A stretch of DNA of 63,357 nucleotides, the filler included, from Octopus bimaculoides (lineage: Eukaryota), in the NCBI RefSeq assembly GCF_001194135.2. It is 7 parts of 7 records of this genome, joined end to end, with 100 filler letters (N's around TTAATTAATTAA, not from the genome) between each part and the next. Parts side by side here need not be neighbours in the genome. Positions count along the whole stretch, not along the records: positions 24,128 to 40,666 come from NC_069010.1; 6 more parts are not named here. One strand, 5' to 3'. The notes beneath the pieces were generated by a model. The model was not told the origin of the DNA and ran no database searches. It saw only the letters and a list, made by a program, of their open reading frames with translations. Shown piece after piece: positions 26,930-37,944 of the stretch; within the stretch, counting starts at the first letter, position 1; every line of letters begins with the position of its first letter. Made by a program: the position numbers and the translations under genes.

Positions 26930-27441
26930 CAAACAGTAAATGAGTATATGCATATATACGTACAGGTATGTGCATACCGACATCCACCTGTATGTATAGG
27001 TGCATATCTGGGTACAGGACATTGCAAACAAAACGTAGACGAGAAAACACAGAAGCCACATAGAGAACATTCTTCTTCATCAGATACCCACGTTTTAACA
27101 CCGGCGTTTCGAAGAGCTATATATATAAAGGTACAAGTTAGAGGTGTTAAGTTCTCTAAGGGATAGAATTATCCAGAGGCACAGTCCTTGGTATAAGGTA
27201 TACGGCAGCAGGAAATTTAAAAAGGTAAACCGTAGTTTAGTTTAATGTATATACAGACAATCAGAAAATGGAGAAAACAAATATCTTTGGTGCTAATAAG
27301 CCATTATTTGATTAGTTAAGCAAGGTGAAGACAACTATTGGCTTTTTAGCACCAAAGATACACTTCTATTTGTTGTTTTCCCTCCATTTTCTGATCGTCT
27401 ATATATATATATATCCCAAACTTTTGGCCATGGCTATATAT

Positions 27442-27479
<38 letters not shown>

Positions 27480-27742
27480 TTCCTTCTGCCAAATCCACAC
27501 AAATCTTCGTCGACTCGAGGTTATAGTAAAAGACATTTGCTCAAGGTGTTATGCAGCGGGACTGAACACGGAACCACATGGTTGGGAAGGAAGCTTCTCA
27601 TCGACACAGCCATGCTTGTAGATGTATTTCGCCAAATCAAGATGCTTTGAAACTTCTTCAGTACATAAGAAATTAGAATTATATCAACGTAAACACCTTT
27701 GCCTTTTTCAATATTAAAGAATAGGGTTGTGGGTAAAACCCT

Positions 27743-27777
<35 letters not shown>

Positions 27778-27959
27778 TGGGTGATCTTATTTGACAACCA
27801 CTGCTAGGCTTATGGCTTGAGAGTACCTTCCTTCTTTTCAATGCCATCCGTTTGTGAATGGCATCTCTTAGAGTCTTCTGCTTTAGCTCCATCCAACCAA
27901 TGTCTTGTGAGTGTAGATTTGGTATGCACACACACACACACACACGTAAGGTATAACCT

Positions 27960-28250
27960 TTCATTAGTTTCGGTCATTAGACTGCGGCCATGCTAGATAT
28001 TTAACGCGGTGTTATGTAACAATCCGATTATGTAACCCCGCGCTCATCAGAGGTGGCCGTTATGGAATGAAATATGGCGACTGCATTCTGTGTTAGGGGA
28101 CAAACACACATACACATTTATGTTAGGTCAAAGGCTTTGGTTGACCCTAGGCTATAATAGAAGACACTTTCCCAAGGTGCTACACGTTGGGACTGAACCC
28201 GGAACTATGTGTTTGGGAAGCAAGCAACTTACCATACAGCCATGCCTACA
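27960..28250 (-). mobile_element. Chimeric S1 SINE carrying the 5' half of the hammerhead element
   Basis: Minus strand: S1 head and body (28250-28090), 98 nt matching 26679-26776 with 4 mismatches (28089-27992), then the S1 tail atggccgcagtc...gaaac. The 3' junction lies at a ctagc/ccagc microhomology. Confidence 0.75.
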
Positions 28251-28315
28251 CACATACATGTGTGTGTGATTTTGCGTTTGTTAACCTCCACACATACACA
28301 CACACTCTCTCTCTA

Positions 28316-28377
<62 letters not shown>

Positions 28378-29010
28378 CCTCTCTCTCTCTCTCTCTGAAT
28401 GATAACCATTGTTAGGTTTTTTTATTCCCCCACCCCACCCCGTAACGTAGTCGTTCGGCAAAAGAGCCCGATAGAACAAGCACCCGATTAAAAAATAAGA
28501 ACTGGGGGTTAATTTCTTCNNNNNNNNNNNNNNNNNNNNNNNNNNNNNNNNNNNNNNNNNNNNNNNNNNNNNNNNNNNNNNNNNNNNNNNNNNNNNNNNN
28601 NNNNNNNNNNNNNNNNNNNNNNNNNNNNNNNNNNNNNNNNNNNNNNNNNNNNNNNNNNNNNNNNNNNNNNNNNNNNNNNNNNNNNNNNNNNNNNNNNNNN
28701 NNNNNNNNNNNNNNNNNNNNNNNNNNNNNNNNNNNNNNNNNNNNNNNNNNNNNNNNNNNNNNNNNNNNNNNNNNNNNNNNNNNNNNNNNNNNNNNNNNNN
28801 NNNNNNNNNNNNNNNNNNNNNNNNNNNNNNNNNNNNNNNNNNNNNNNNNNNNNNNNNNNNNNNNNNNNNNNNNNNNNNNNNNNNNNNNNNNNNNNNNNNN
28901 NNNNNNNNNNNNNNNNNNNNNNNNNNNNNNNNNNNNNNNNNNNNNNNNNNNNNNNNNNNNNNNNNNNNNNNNNNNNNNNNNNNNNNNNNNNNNNNNNNNN
29001 NNNNNNNNNN

Positions 29011-29220
29011 GCCCCACGCCATGAGGGACTCTAAGGTCAGACTAACATAAAAAAGCACATTTTTACCGAACGCGAGGAAATGCAGCTCTCAAAGCCAACC
29101 CCTTTAGTCTGTTTGAGAATTGCATTTCCTCGCGTTCGGTAAAAATGTGCTTTTTTATGTTAGTCTGACCTTAGAGTCCCTCATGGCGTGGGGCATTATT
29201 GTATAGTAATGCCCTTATAT
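29011..29220. mobile_element. Fold-back MITE with long terminal inverted repeats
   Basis: 29011-29084 is the exact reverse complement of 29121-29194 (74 bp). The outer end attattgtatagtaatgcccttat has its left mate hidden in the gap. Confidence 0.85.
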
Positions 29221-29284
29221 AAATATTAATATATATATATATATCTTATATATATATATATATAATGTATGTATGTATATATAT

Positions 29285-29335
29285 ACGGTGGTGCTCCAGC
29301 ATGACCACAGCCACTTGGCTGAAACCCATAAATAA

Positions 29336-29340
<5 letters not shown>
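29285..29340 (+). mobile_element. Isolated 3' tail of the LINE seen at 1283-1600
   Basis: cggtggtgctccagcatgaccacagccacttggctgaaac nearly matches 1550-1590. Confidence 0.75.
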
Positions 29341-29414
<74 letters not shown>

Positions 29415-29936
29415 TTCTCTTAGTCGTTCATCTCACTCACCCCCACTGTCTGTCTTCTCTCCCTTCCTCTCTCACACACACACACTCTCTCTCTCTTTCT
29501 CTATTTGCCGGTCCTCCTACCATCGCCTTCCTCCTCCCTCCCTTCCTCATCCTCTTCCTTCATCACCACCACCACCACCACCATCACTACTGCTACCACT
29601 ACTATTGACCCGTTCCCTCTCCTATAGTTGATGTTTTGAGCTTTTTTTCTCTTAGGGTGTCTGATGTCGTCCCGGCTGCTGAAGAGACGTAACGTGGAGA
29701 GGGGAACCAGCGACCGATAAGACTTACCTCACACAGATCGATCCTGCCATCCACAGACAACAGCAATACCGTAATGATTGTCAACATCTTTATATATATA
29801 CATATATTTATTTATATCTGTTCACACCTACTTACAGTTTTATATATATATATATATTAATAATAGTGAAATAACGCACTGCAGGGTTGTGTACAAATAT
29901 AGACAATTTCTATTCATTTTTTTTCTCTTATTATAT

Positions 29937-30339
29937 GGACACAGGCATGGCTCTGTGGTAAGAAGTTTGATCCCCAAACACATGATTTCAGGTTCAGTCC
30001 CAATACGTGGCGTCTTGAGCAAGTATCTTTTATACCCCTGAGCCAACCAATTCCTTGTACACACACATATATATATATGCATGCATACATACACACGTAT
30101 GTGCGTATGTATGTGTGTATTTGTCTTATCACCGCTTGTCAACCGGTGTTGGTGTGTTTACGTCCCCATAACTGGTTCAGCCTAAAAGACCGGTAGAATA
30201 AGCACAAGATTATTATTATTATTATTATTTTTTTTTTTTGATAGTACTATGATAGATTTATTCGACTAAAGCTCTTCAAAGTTTTTCAAAGCGGTGCCCC
30301 GTCGTGGTTGCAGTCCAGTGACTAAAGCAAGTAAAAGAG
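29937..30339 (+). mobile_element. S1 SINE, diverged
   Basis: ggcatggctctgtggtaagaagttt head; tail gcggtgccccgtcgtggttgcagtccagtgactaaagcaagtaaaagag. Confidence 0.75.
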
Positions 30340-31472
30340 GAAAATAGTGTATCATAGCGTCGTTGGTTACAGGTCTGCAATGAGGAAGGTGATGAGGGTG
30401 GTGGTGGTGTGTGTGTGTGTGTGTATGTTTTTATTCGGAGTGACGAGGGAGTGTCTGTCTGTCATACTATGTGGTCAAAATATCAAAGGGAACTTAGTTC
30501 TTTTTGCACCGGCTTCTTCAATTTTCTTGCTGATGTTTACATCTTTTACCGATCAATAACGATCGGAATTTAATATAAAGATAAAAAGAAATTGGTGGGA
30601 TCGTGCACATGCATATTGACACATGGCACATATATCTACACTATGAAACTTGAAATTTCAAAAAAAAAAAAAAAATGTGTGTGTCAGTGTGTATGTGTGC
30701 GTGCTTACTATTTTGCTTTACACTTCATATTCCGATATAATCGTAATTTACCCACTTCGAAAAGTATTTGTAGAAAATTTCATTAAAAAAATAACCATTT
30801 TTCTGAAAGTTATGAGGAAACAAAGTCAACTCGTGAATTTTCCGAAATTCCTCTTCCCACCCAGGGAAAAATTGTTTTTCACCACAAATCCCGATATAAT
30901 CGGTATCTACACCAGCTGAAGCATATTTATAGAAAATTTCATTAAAAAATATAGATTNNNNNNNNNNNNNNNNNNNNNNNNNNNNNNNNNNNNNNNNNNN
31001 NNNNNNNNNNNNNNNNNNNNNNNNNNNNNNNNNNNNNNNNNNNNNNNNNNNNNNNNNNNNNNNNNNNNNNNNNNNNNNNNNNNNNNNNNNNNNNNNNNNN
31101 NNNNNNNNNNNNNNNNNNNNNNNNNNNNNNNNNNNNNNNNNNNNNNNNNNNNNNNNNNNNNNNNNNNNNNNNNNNNNNNNNNNNNNNNNNNNNNNNNNNN
31201 NNNNNNNNNNNNNNNNNNNNNNNNNNNNNNNNNNNNNNNNNNNNNNNNNNNNNNNNNNNNNNNNNNNNNNNNNNNNNNNNNNNNNNNNNNNNNNNNNNNN
31301 NNNNNNNNNNNNNNNNNNNNNNNNNNNNNNNNNNNNNNNNNNNNNNNNNNNNNNNNNNNNNNNNNNNNNNNNNNNNNNNNNNNNNTTTATAAGAATTTAT
31401 CAAGTAGCTAGCGTGAAAACAACCTCATAAGGGAAAAATCCATCATTTGTTCCCTAAAATATATTTTTTTTT

Positions 31473-31587
31473 ATAAGGGCATTACTATACATGAATGCCT
31501 CAGGCTAAGAGGGACTTAAAGGTCAAACTACTATAATAAACGCATTTTTACCGAACACGAGGAAATGCATTTCCTCACGTTCGGTAA
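31473..31587. mobile_element. Half copy of the fold-back MITE family, loop deleted, truncated by a SINE
   Basis: taagggcattactatac...gcatttttaccgaacacgaggaaatgcatttcctcacgttcggtaa matches the 29011-29220 arm. Confidence 0.7.
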
Positions 31588-31748
31588 GAAAGTTGTGGTG
31601 AAAGAGTACAGCAGAGTTCGCCACCATCCCCTGCCGGAGCCTCGTGGAGCTTTTAGGTGTTTTCGCTCAATAAACACTCACAACGCCTGGTCTGGGAATC
31701 GAAACCGCGATCCTATGAGCGCGAGTCCGCTGCCCTAACCACTGGCCC
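31588..31748 (-). mobile_element. 5' part of tRNA-headed SINE (head module B)
   Basis: Near-identical to 44925-45090; minus-strand head ggccagtggttagggcagcggactcgcg...ggtttcgattcc. Confidence 0.8.
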
Positions 31749-32640
31749 AGTGGTTAGGGGCAGCGGACTATGTGGTTGGGAGGCAAACTTCTTAGCACAC
31801 ATCCCTTTTTTTAAAAATTTTTTTTCAGGCGTAGTGTATCTAGGACTACGTAACCCTTTCTTTTAAGACAAGAGAAAGTGTTATTTGAGAGAGATGTAGC
31901 TGCTATTTCAAGCAGACTGTCACAGTCATAAAAAACCAAAATGTGGAAGTAGCCATAGGAATAACTCTATACATACTGCTGTGTGTTGAGGTAGACATGC
32001 GGTGGGGTACCTATATCAAATATCTGGCCTAAAAAATACCCAGATACAACTGTAAATGCTCACCCCACCACCAATGTAAACAATCTCTCACTCTCTCTTC
32101 CTCACCCTCTCTCCCCTCTCTCTTTGTTCTCTGCCTATCTAATCTAGTCTTCCCCATTTTTCTCTCATATAACTACACTTTATTTGTCCTCCTCCCACTA
32201 TTTCTTTTCTTCACCTCCCACTCACTCATTACTACTGCCTCCCCCCCTCCCCCACGACTTTGTTTCACTCTCTGCTCTTTGCTGGTTCTCTTTCTACTGT
32301 CTGTTGCTCTTCCCTTCCTCCTTACTATATTACTCCCTCCACCTTCTCTTCATTTCTCTGCTGTTCTCGTCTCTCTTCCCCCCCCCTCTCATTCAATAAC
32401 TAAAAATCTTAGCTCTTCNNNNNNNNNNNNNNNNNNNNNNNNNNNNNNNNNNNNNNNNNNNNNNNNNNNNNNNNNNNNNNNNNNNNNNNNNNNNNNNNNN
32501 NNNNNNNNNNNNNNNNNNNNNNNNNNNNNNNNNNNNNNNNNNNNNNNNNNNNNNNNNNNNNNNNNNNNNNNNNNNNNNNNNNNNNNNNNNNNNNNNNNNN
32601 NNNNNNNNNNNNNNNNNNNNNNNNNNNNNNNNNNNNNNNN

Positions 32641-32671
<31 letters not shown>

Positions 32672-33522
32672 ATGTGTGTGTGTGTGTGTTATTGAGTGAA
32701 AGAGCAGTACATACCCCCAAAGTGATGCTGGGGTACAAATACACAAAGCCCAATATACCCATGATGACTACCCGTCTGATAAGGGTACACCAGGCACATG
32801 CATCACAACCGTATGTGCATGACATGATGGCCTCATATCAAGATAAACTGCACATGACCTTGCAAGTCTGGTACAGTTAGAATTTTCTTTATGTTGAGTA
32901 GCCCATCCCACTCAAAAGGTCCCTGGATACAGGTTGTTTAAGGACGTGAACAAAAAAAAACCCATGTTTTCAGGGGTGAATTATTCAATCTCCAAAGAAT
33001 TCCTCTCAACACATGGCTATGATGCTCCCCCACTACTCCTGCTCATGATCAGGGATGCACATATCGTCAGCCACCAAGGGACATGTTCATTTGTTTAATG
33101 TCACACAACTGACAAGCAAATCTGTGGTATTGAGCATAATATTTGTTGTAGCCCATCCCATGGCTTCTGATTGTAAGTGTTAACGTGTAAACCAAGACAA
33201 AACATGTACGTGTTAACACTTTTAATCATTTAAGATCAGAAATGATGAGAGCCACTGCATTGCATCAAGGCATCTCTATGTATAAGTGCGTGTGTGTATA
33301 TTCGTTGTCAAGTGATGTTGGTGGGGACAAACACAGACACACGAACACACACATGCACCTTGGGCAAGTGGCTTCCAATATAGCTCAGGGTTAACTATAG
33401 CTTTGTGAGTGGATTTGATGGACAGAAACTGAATGCAAGCCTCTTAATCACACAGCTTAATACACAGTTCTTTGTATTATCTCCGTTGTTTGATAATAAA
33501 ATGCCTTTACCTTTTATTTCAG

Positions 33523-33543
33523 ATACGGATGACCAAGTGATGG
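33523..33543 (+). other. Candidate 21-nt micro-exon (phase 1 to phase 1), reading (D)TDDQVM
   Basis: Polypyrimidine acceptor cctttaccttttatttcAG (33521-22) and donor GTGAGT (33544-49). Only phase 1 is open, and it splices in frame to the 40292 exon. Confidence 0.45.
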
Positions 33544-33818
33544 GTGAGTCTATCATTTTTTATTCCCTTCTGTATTTAGTTCATTACTTTCACCGTGGTT
33601 AGGAAGCTTGCTTCCCAGCTACATGGTTTCGGGTTCAGTCCCACCGCGTGGCACCTTGGGCAAGTGTCTTCTGCTATAGCCCCGGGGCCGACCAAAGCTT
33701 TGTGATTGAATTTGGTGGGCGGAAGTTACTGCCGTGTGTGTACATGTCTGTGTATGTGCTTGTGCCTCTCTCCCAGAGAGTGAGAGAGGGGATGATAGGC
33801 AAGTTTAATGTGCTAACA

Positions 33819-34042
33819 TCAACCCTTTAACATTTAAACTGGTCAGATCTGGCCCAAATATTCGACCAGTTTTCTGTTTAAACCAGCCAGATTTGTCCTC
33901 TCACATGGCCCCTGCAGTGTCATTCTAAAAGCAGTCCCATCATTAAAATCTCAAAGCTATGAGATAATGCATGATTAATTCAAAACAATCTGGATAGATA
34001 AGCAATACATTTGACCAAATAATCTGAATGCTAAAGGGTTAA
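33819..34042. mobile_element. piggyBac-like MITE (aaccctt...aagggttaa ends), with partial copies at 34050-34212 and 35105-35231
   Basis: Ends (tc)aaccctttaac and ctaaagggttaa resemble TTAA|CCC...GGG|TTAA termini; the internal sequence recurs three times. Confidence 0.5.
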
Positions 34043-34212
34043 CTCATCAGTATTTCAACCAGCCATATCTGGGCCCCAAATATTCTACCTGTTTTATATT
34101 TGTCCTGCAGTGTCATTCTAAAAAGAAACAATATCATCAAAATCCCAAAGTTTTGAGATAATACAGGATCAATTCAAAGCAATGTGAATAAATGGACGAT
34201 ACATTTGACAAA

Positions 34213-34455
34213 TGGTGAAGGTGTATGGCTCAGTGGTTAGTGAGTTCAGTTCCTTGACTAGGCTGTGTGTTGTGTTCTTGAGCAAGACACTTTATTTCAT
34301 GTTGCTCCAGTTCACTCAGCTGTAGAAATGAGTCACAAACATCAGCCTTTACCTTTCCCTTGGATAACATCGGTGGCATGGAGAGGAGAGGCTGCTATGC
34401 ATGGGCGACTGCTGGTCTTCCATAAACAACTTTGTCCAGTCTTGTGCCTCGGCGA
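34213..34455 (+). mobile_element. tRNA-headed SINE (head/central module A, 3' body Y)
   Basis: tggctcagtggttag...gtgttcttgagcaagacactttatttcatgttgctccagttcactcagct shared with 13856-13990; 3' body differs. Confidence 0.7.
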
Positions 34456-34734
34456 GAAAGACATTGTCTAGTATTGCAATGGAACTAAAATAACCTCACC
34501 ACACTCAATTTCTGAGACATGACACAAGATTTAGGCATGAACCCATAAATCTTACTAAATACACAAAGTCCTCTGCATTAACACAGGGTCTTGCCATTCA
34601 GCCTCAGTGTTTAAGAACCTTGCCCAAAGAGTGAGTAATAGATGGTAATAAAATGTTTGATAGGGTAACCCCTTCCCGTAACAGTAATACCTTAGTAGCA
34701 GATGTGTACAAGGAGACCAATTATACACCCAAGA

Positions 34735-35010
34735 AGACAGTGGCACGTAAAAAGCACCATTTGAACGTGGTCGATGCCAGCACCCCCTTGAATGGCTTCC
34801 ATGCCGGTGGCACATAAAAAGCACCAACCGATCGTGGTCATTGCCAGCCCCCTCTGGCCCCTGTGCCAGTGGCATGTAAAAAGCACCCCGCTGTAGAAAC
34901 ACTGCCAAATCAGACTGGAGTCTGGTGCAGCCTCCTGGCTTCCCAGACCCCAGTCGAACCATCCAACCCATGCCAGCATGGGAAACGGACGTTAAACGAT
35001 GATGATGTGA
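34735..35010 (+). mobile_element. Retroelement 3' part with internal ~55-nt tandem units and (GAT)n tail
   Basis: gtggca(c/t)(g/a)taaaaagcacc occurs three times; ends ccatgccagcatgggaaacggacgttaaacgatgatgatg. Same family as 38334-38756. Confidence 0.75.
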
Positions 35011-36601
35011 TCGCCCTTCAAGAAACCATACCACATCCTTTAGTAACCCCCAAAAGTGGAACGACGCTACAGTGGCCAAGCACATTCGGCAGTTAAAGAC
35101 AAGGGCTGCAGATTATGTCTGATCACGTCGTTAAAATCTCAAAGCAACACAGATAACGCTTGATTAATTCAAACAATTGTGAATTAATAAGTGTTACATG
35201 TGACAAAATAATCTCAACGCTAAAGGGTTAAATGAAAGTTGAACATAGAGAGCTATTGTGCTTTTTCAAATCATTAAAACGACAATTCACAATGTAATTG
35301 AGATTCAACATATACAGTCTCAGATCATGTCACTTGCCAAATACGTGTGTGTTTGTGTGTAAAAATCACCATCATCATATATATTTATACATGGTGTGTC
35401 TTTCTGTCTATTTATGTGTTTGTGTATGTATGTATGTATGTATGTATGTATGTCTGCATATGTATATATGTATGTATGCATATACATATATCCAAATGTG
35501 TAGATGCATGTGTATATNNNNNNNNNNNNNNNNNNNNNNNNNNNNNNNNNNNNNNNNNNNNNNNNNNNNNNNNNNNNNNNNNNNNNNNNNNNNNNNNNNN
35601 NNNNNNNNNNNNNNNNNNNNNNNNNNNNNNNNNNNNNNNNNNNNNNNNNNNNNNNNNNNNNNNNNNNNNNNNNNNNNNNNNNNNNNNNNNNNNNNNNNNN
35701 NNNNNNNNNNNNNNNNNNNNNNNNNNNNNNNNNNNNNNNNNNNNNNNNNNNNNNNNNNNNNNNNNNNNNNNNNNNNNNNNNNNNNNNNNNNNNNNNNNNN
35801 NNNNNNNNNNNNNNNNNNNNNNNNNNNNNNNNNNNNNNNNNNNNNNNNNNNNNNNNNNNNNNNNNNNNTATATATACATACATACATATATATATATATG
35901 GAATATATGTATGATGTATGTATATATGTATGTATACACACACACACACACAAATATATCTGCATGTATTTAAGTTTGTAGACATGGTCTCACTGAGTGA
36001 CACGGAGGTGTAACACACGGACAAACACACACACACACACACAGTATAGATGAATGGGTTATCTGGTATTTCTACACATACATATGTGCACACACTCGTA
36101 TACCCCATAATCCCAATCTTTAAACGTACCCCAGGGTATAGATGACTTTTCTCTCAACTCTGTTAATTTACCATTCTGATGGGTTGTGAGGAGAAAAACA
36201 GCATTTCTTGAATTCTTTTAGAGACTGTTATATAGGTAGGGTTATGGTGTTGGGGTGGAGATGGCTGGGATGGTAGCTGGACTGTGTACTAATGTTTGTA
36301 ATGCTAGTGTGTGTGTGTATATATATGTGTGTGTATATGTATGTATATGTGTGTATATATATATATATATGTATATGTGTGTATATATATGTATATATAT
36401 ATATATGTATATGTGTGTATATATATGTACAAATTTTTACATGTGTGTATATATTTAAGTGTATGTATGTATATATGTATGTATGTATGTGTGTTTGCAT
36501 GTAAGTAGGTAGGTGTATGTATATATGTGTGTGTATGTAGGTGTGTGTATCTGCTTGTATATATGTATGTGCGTATCTGTGCATATATATATGTAGGTGT
36601 G

Positions 36602-36634
<33 letters not shown>

Positions 36635-37714
36635 NNNNNNNNNNNNNNNNNNNNNNNNNNNNNNNNNNNNNNNNNNNNNNNNNNNNNNNNNNNNNNNNNN
36701 NNNNNNNNNNNNNNNNNNNNNNNNNNNNNNNNNNNNNNNNNNNNNNNNNNNNNNNNNNNNNNNNNNNNNNNNNNNNNNNNNNNNNNNNNNNNNNNNNNNN
36801 NNNNNNNNNNNNNNNNNNNNNNNNNNNNNNNNNNNNNNNNNNNNNNNNNNNNNNNNNNNNNNNNNNNNNNNNNNNNNNNNNNNNNNNNNNNNNNNNNNNN
36901 NNNNNNNNNNNNNNNNNNNNNNNNNNNNNNNNNNNNNNNNNNNNNNNNNNNNNNNNNNNNNNNNNNNNNNNNNNNNNNNNNNNNNNNNNNNNNNNNNNNN
37001 NNNNNNNNNNNNNNNNNNNNNNNNNNNNNNNNNNNNNNNNNNNNNNNNNNNNNNNNNNNNNNNNNNNNNNNNNNNNNNNNNNNNNNNNNNNNNNNNNNNN
37101 NNNNNNNNNNNNNNNATATATATATAATGGGTTTCAGTCATTTGACTGCAGCCATTTTGCTGGAACCTCTGTCATATGGTATTGGTGGTGGTGGTGTGGT
37201 GGTGGTGTGGGTATTTATAAGAATGAGGTATGTTGTAATAATGTTAGCAGCAGTGGTTGTGGTGGACATGGAGGAGGTGGTAGTAGTGGTAGGAGTAGAG
37301 GTGGTAGTGATGGTTGTGGGAGTAGTAATGGTGGTGGTGGTGGTGGTGGTGGTAGTGGTCCTTCTCATCCTTCTTGTGACCAATACAATCCCTGTGCCCC
37401 TCCCCTTCAAATATTTAACCTTCTGCTCATCTGAAAAACAATTTCCGACATTCATTTATTAAACTATTCATATTTATATTCTTTGATTCTTTTACTTGTT
37501 TCACTCATTGGACTGTGGCCATGCGGGGGCACTGCCTTGAAGGGTTTCAGACTAATGAATCGACCCCCAGTGATTTTATTTTTTTAAGCTCTGGTAATTA
37601 TGGTGTCAACCTATCAGTCTCTTTTGCCAAACTACTAAATTACAGGGAAGTAAACAAACAAACATAGGTTGTCAAGCAGTGAGGCAGAGACAAGGACACA
37701 CATACATACATATA

Positions 37715-37941
37715 CAAGCTGGCAGAAACGGTAGCACGCTGGGCGAAATGCTTAGCGGTATTTCGTCTGTCGCTACGTTCTGGGTTCAAATTCTGCCGAG
37801 GTCGACTTTGCCTTTCATCCTTTCGGGGTCAATAAATTAAGTACCAGTTACGCACTGGGTTCGATGTAATCGACTTAATCCCTTTGTCTGTCCTTGTTTG
37901 TCCCCTCTATGTTTAGCCCCTTGTGGGCAATAAAGAAATAA
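37715..37941 (+). mobile_element. SINE family S2
   Basis: Colinear with 15998-16216. Confidence 0.85.
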
Positions 37942-37944
37942 GTA

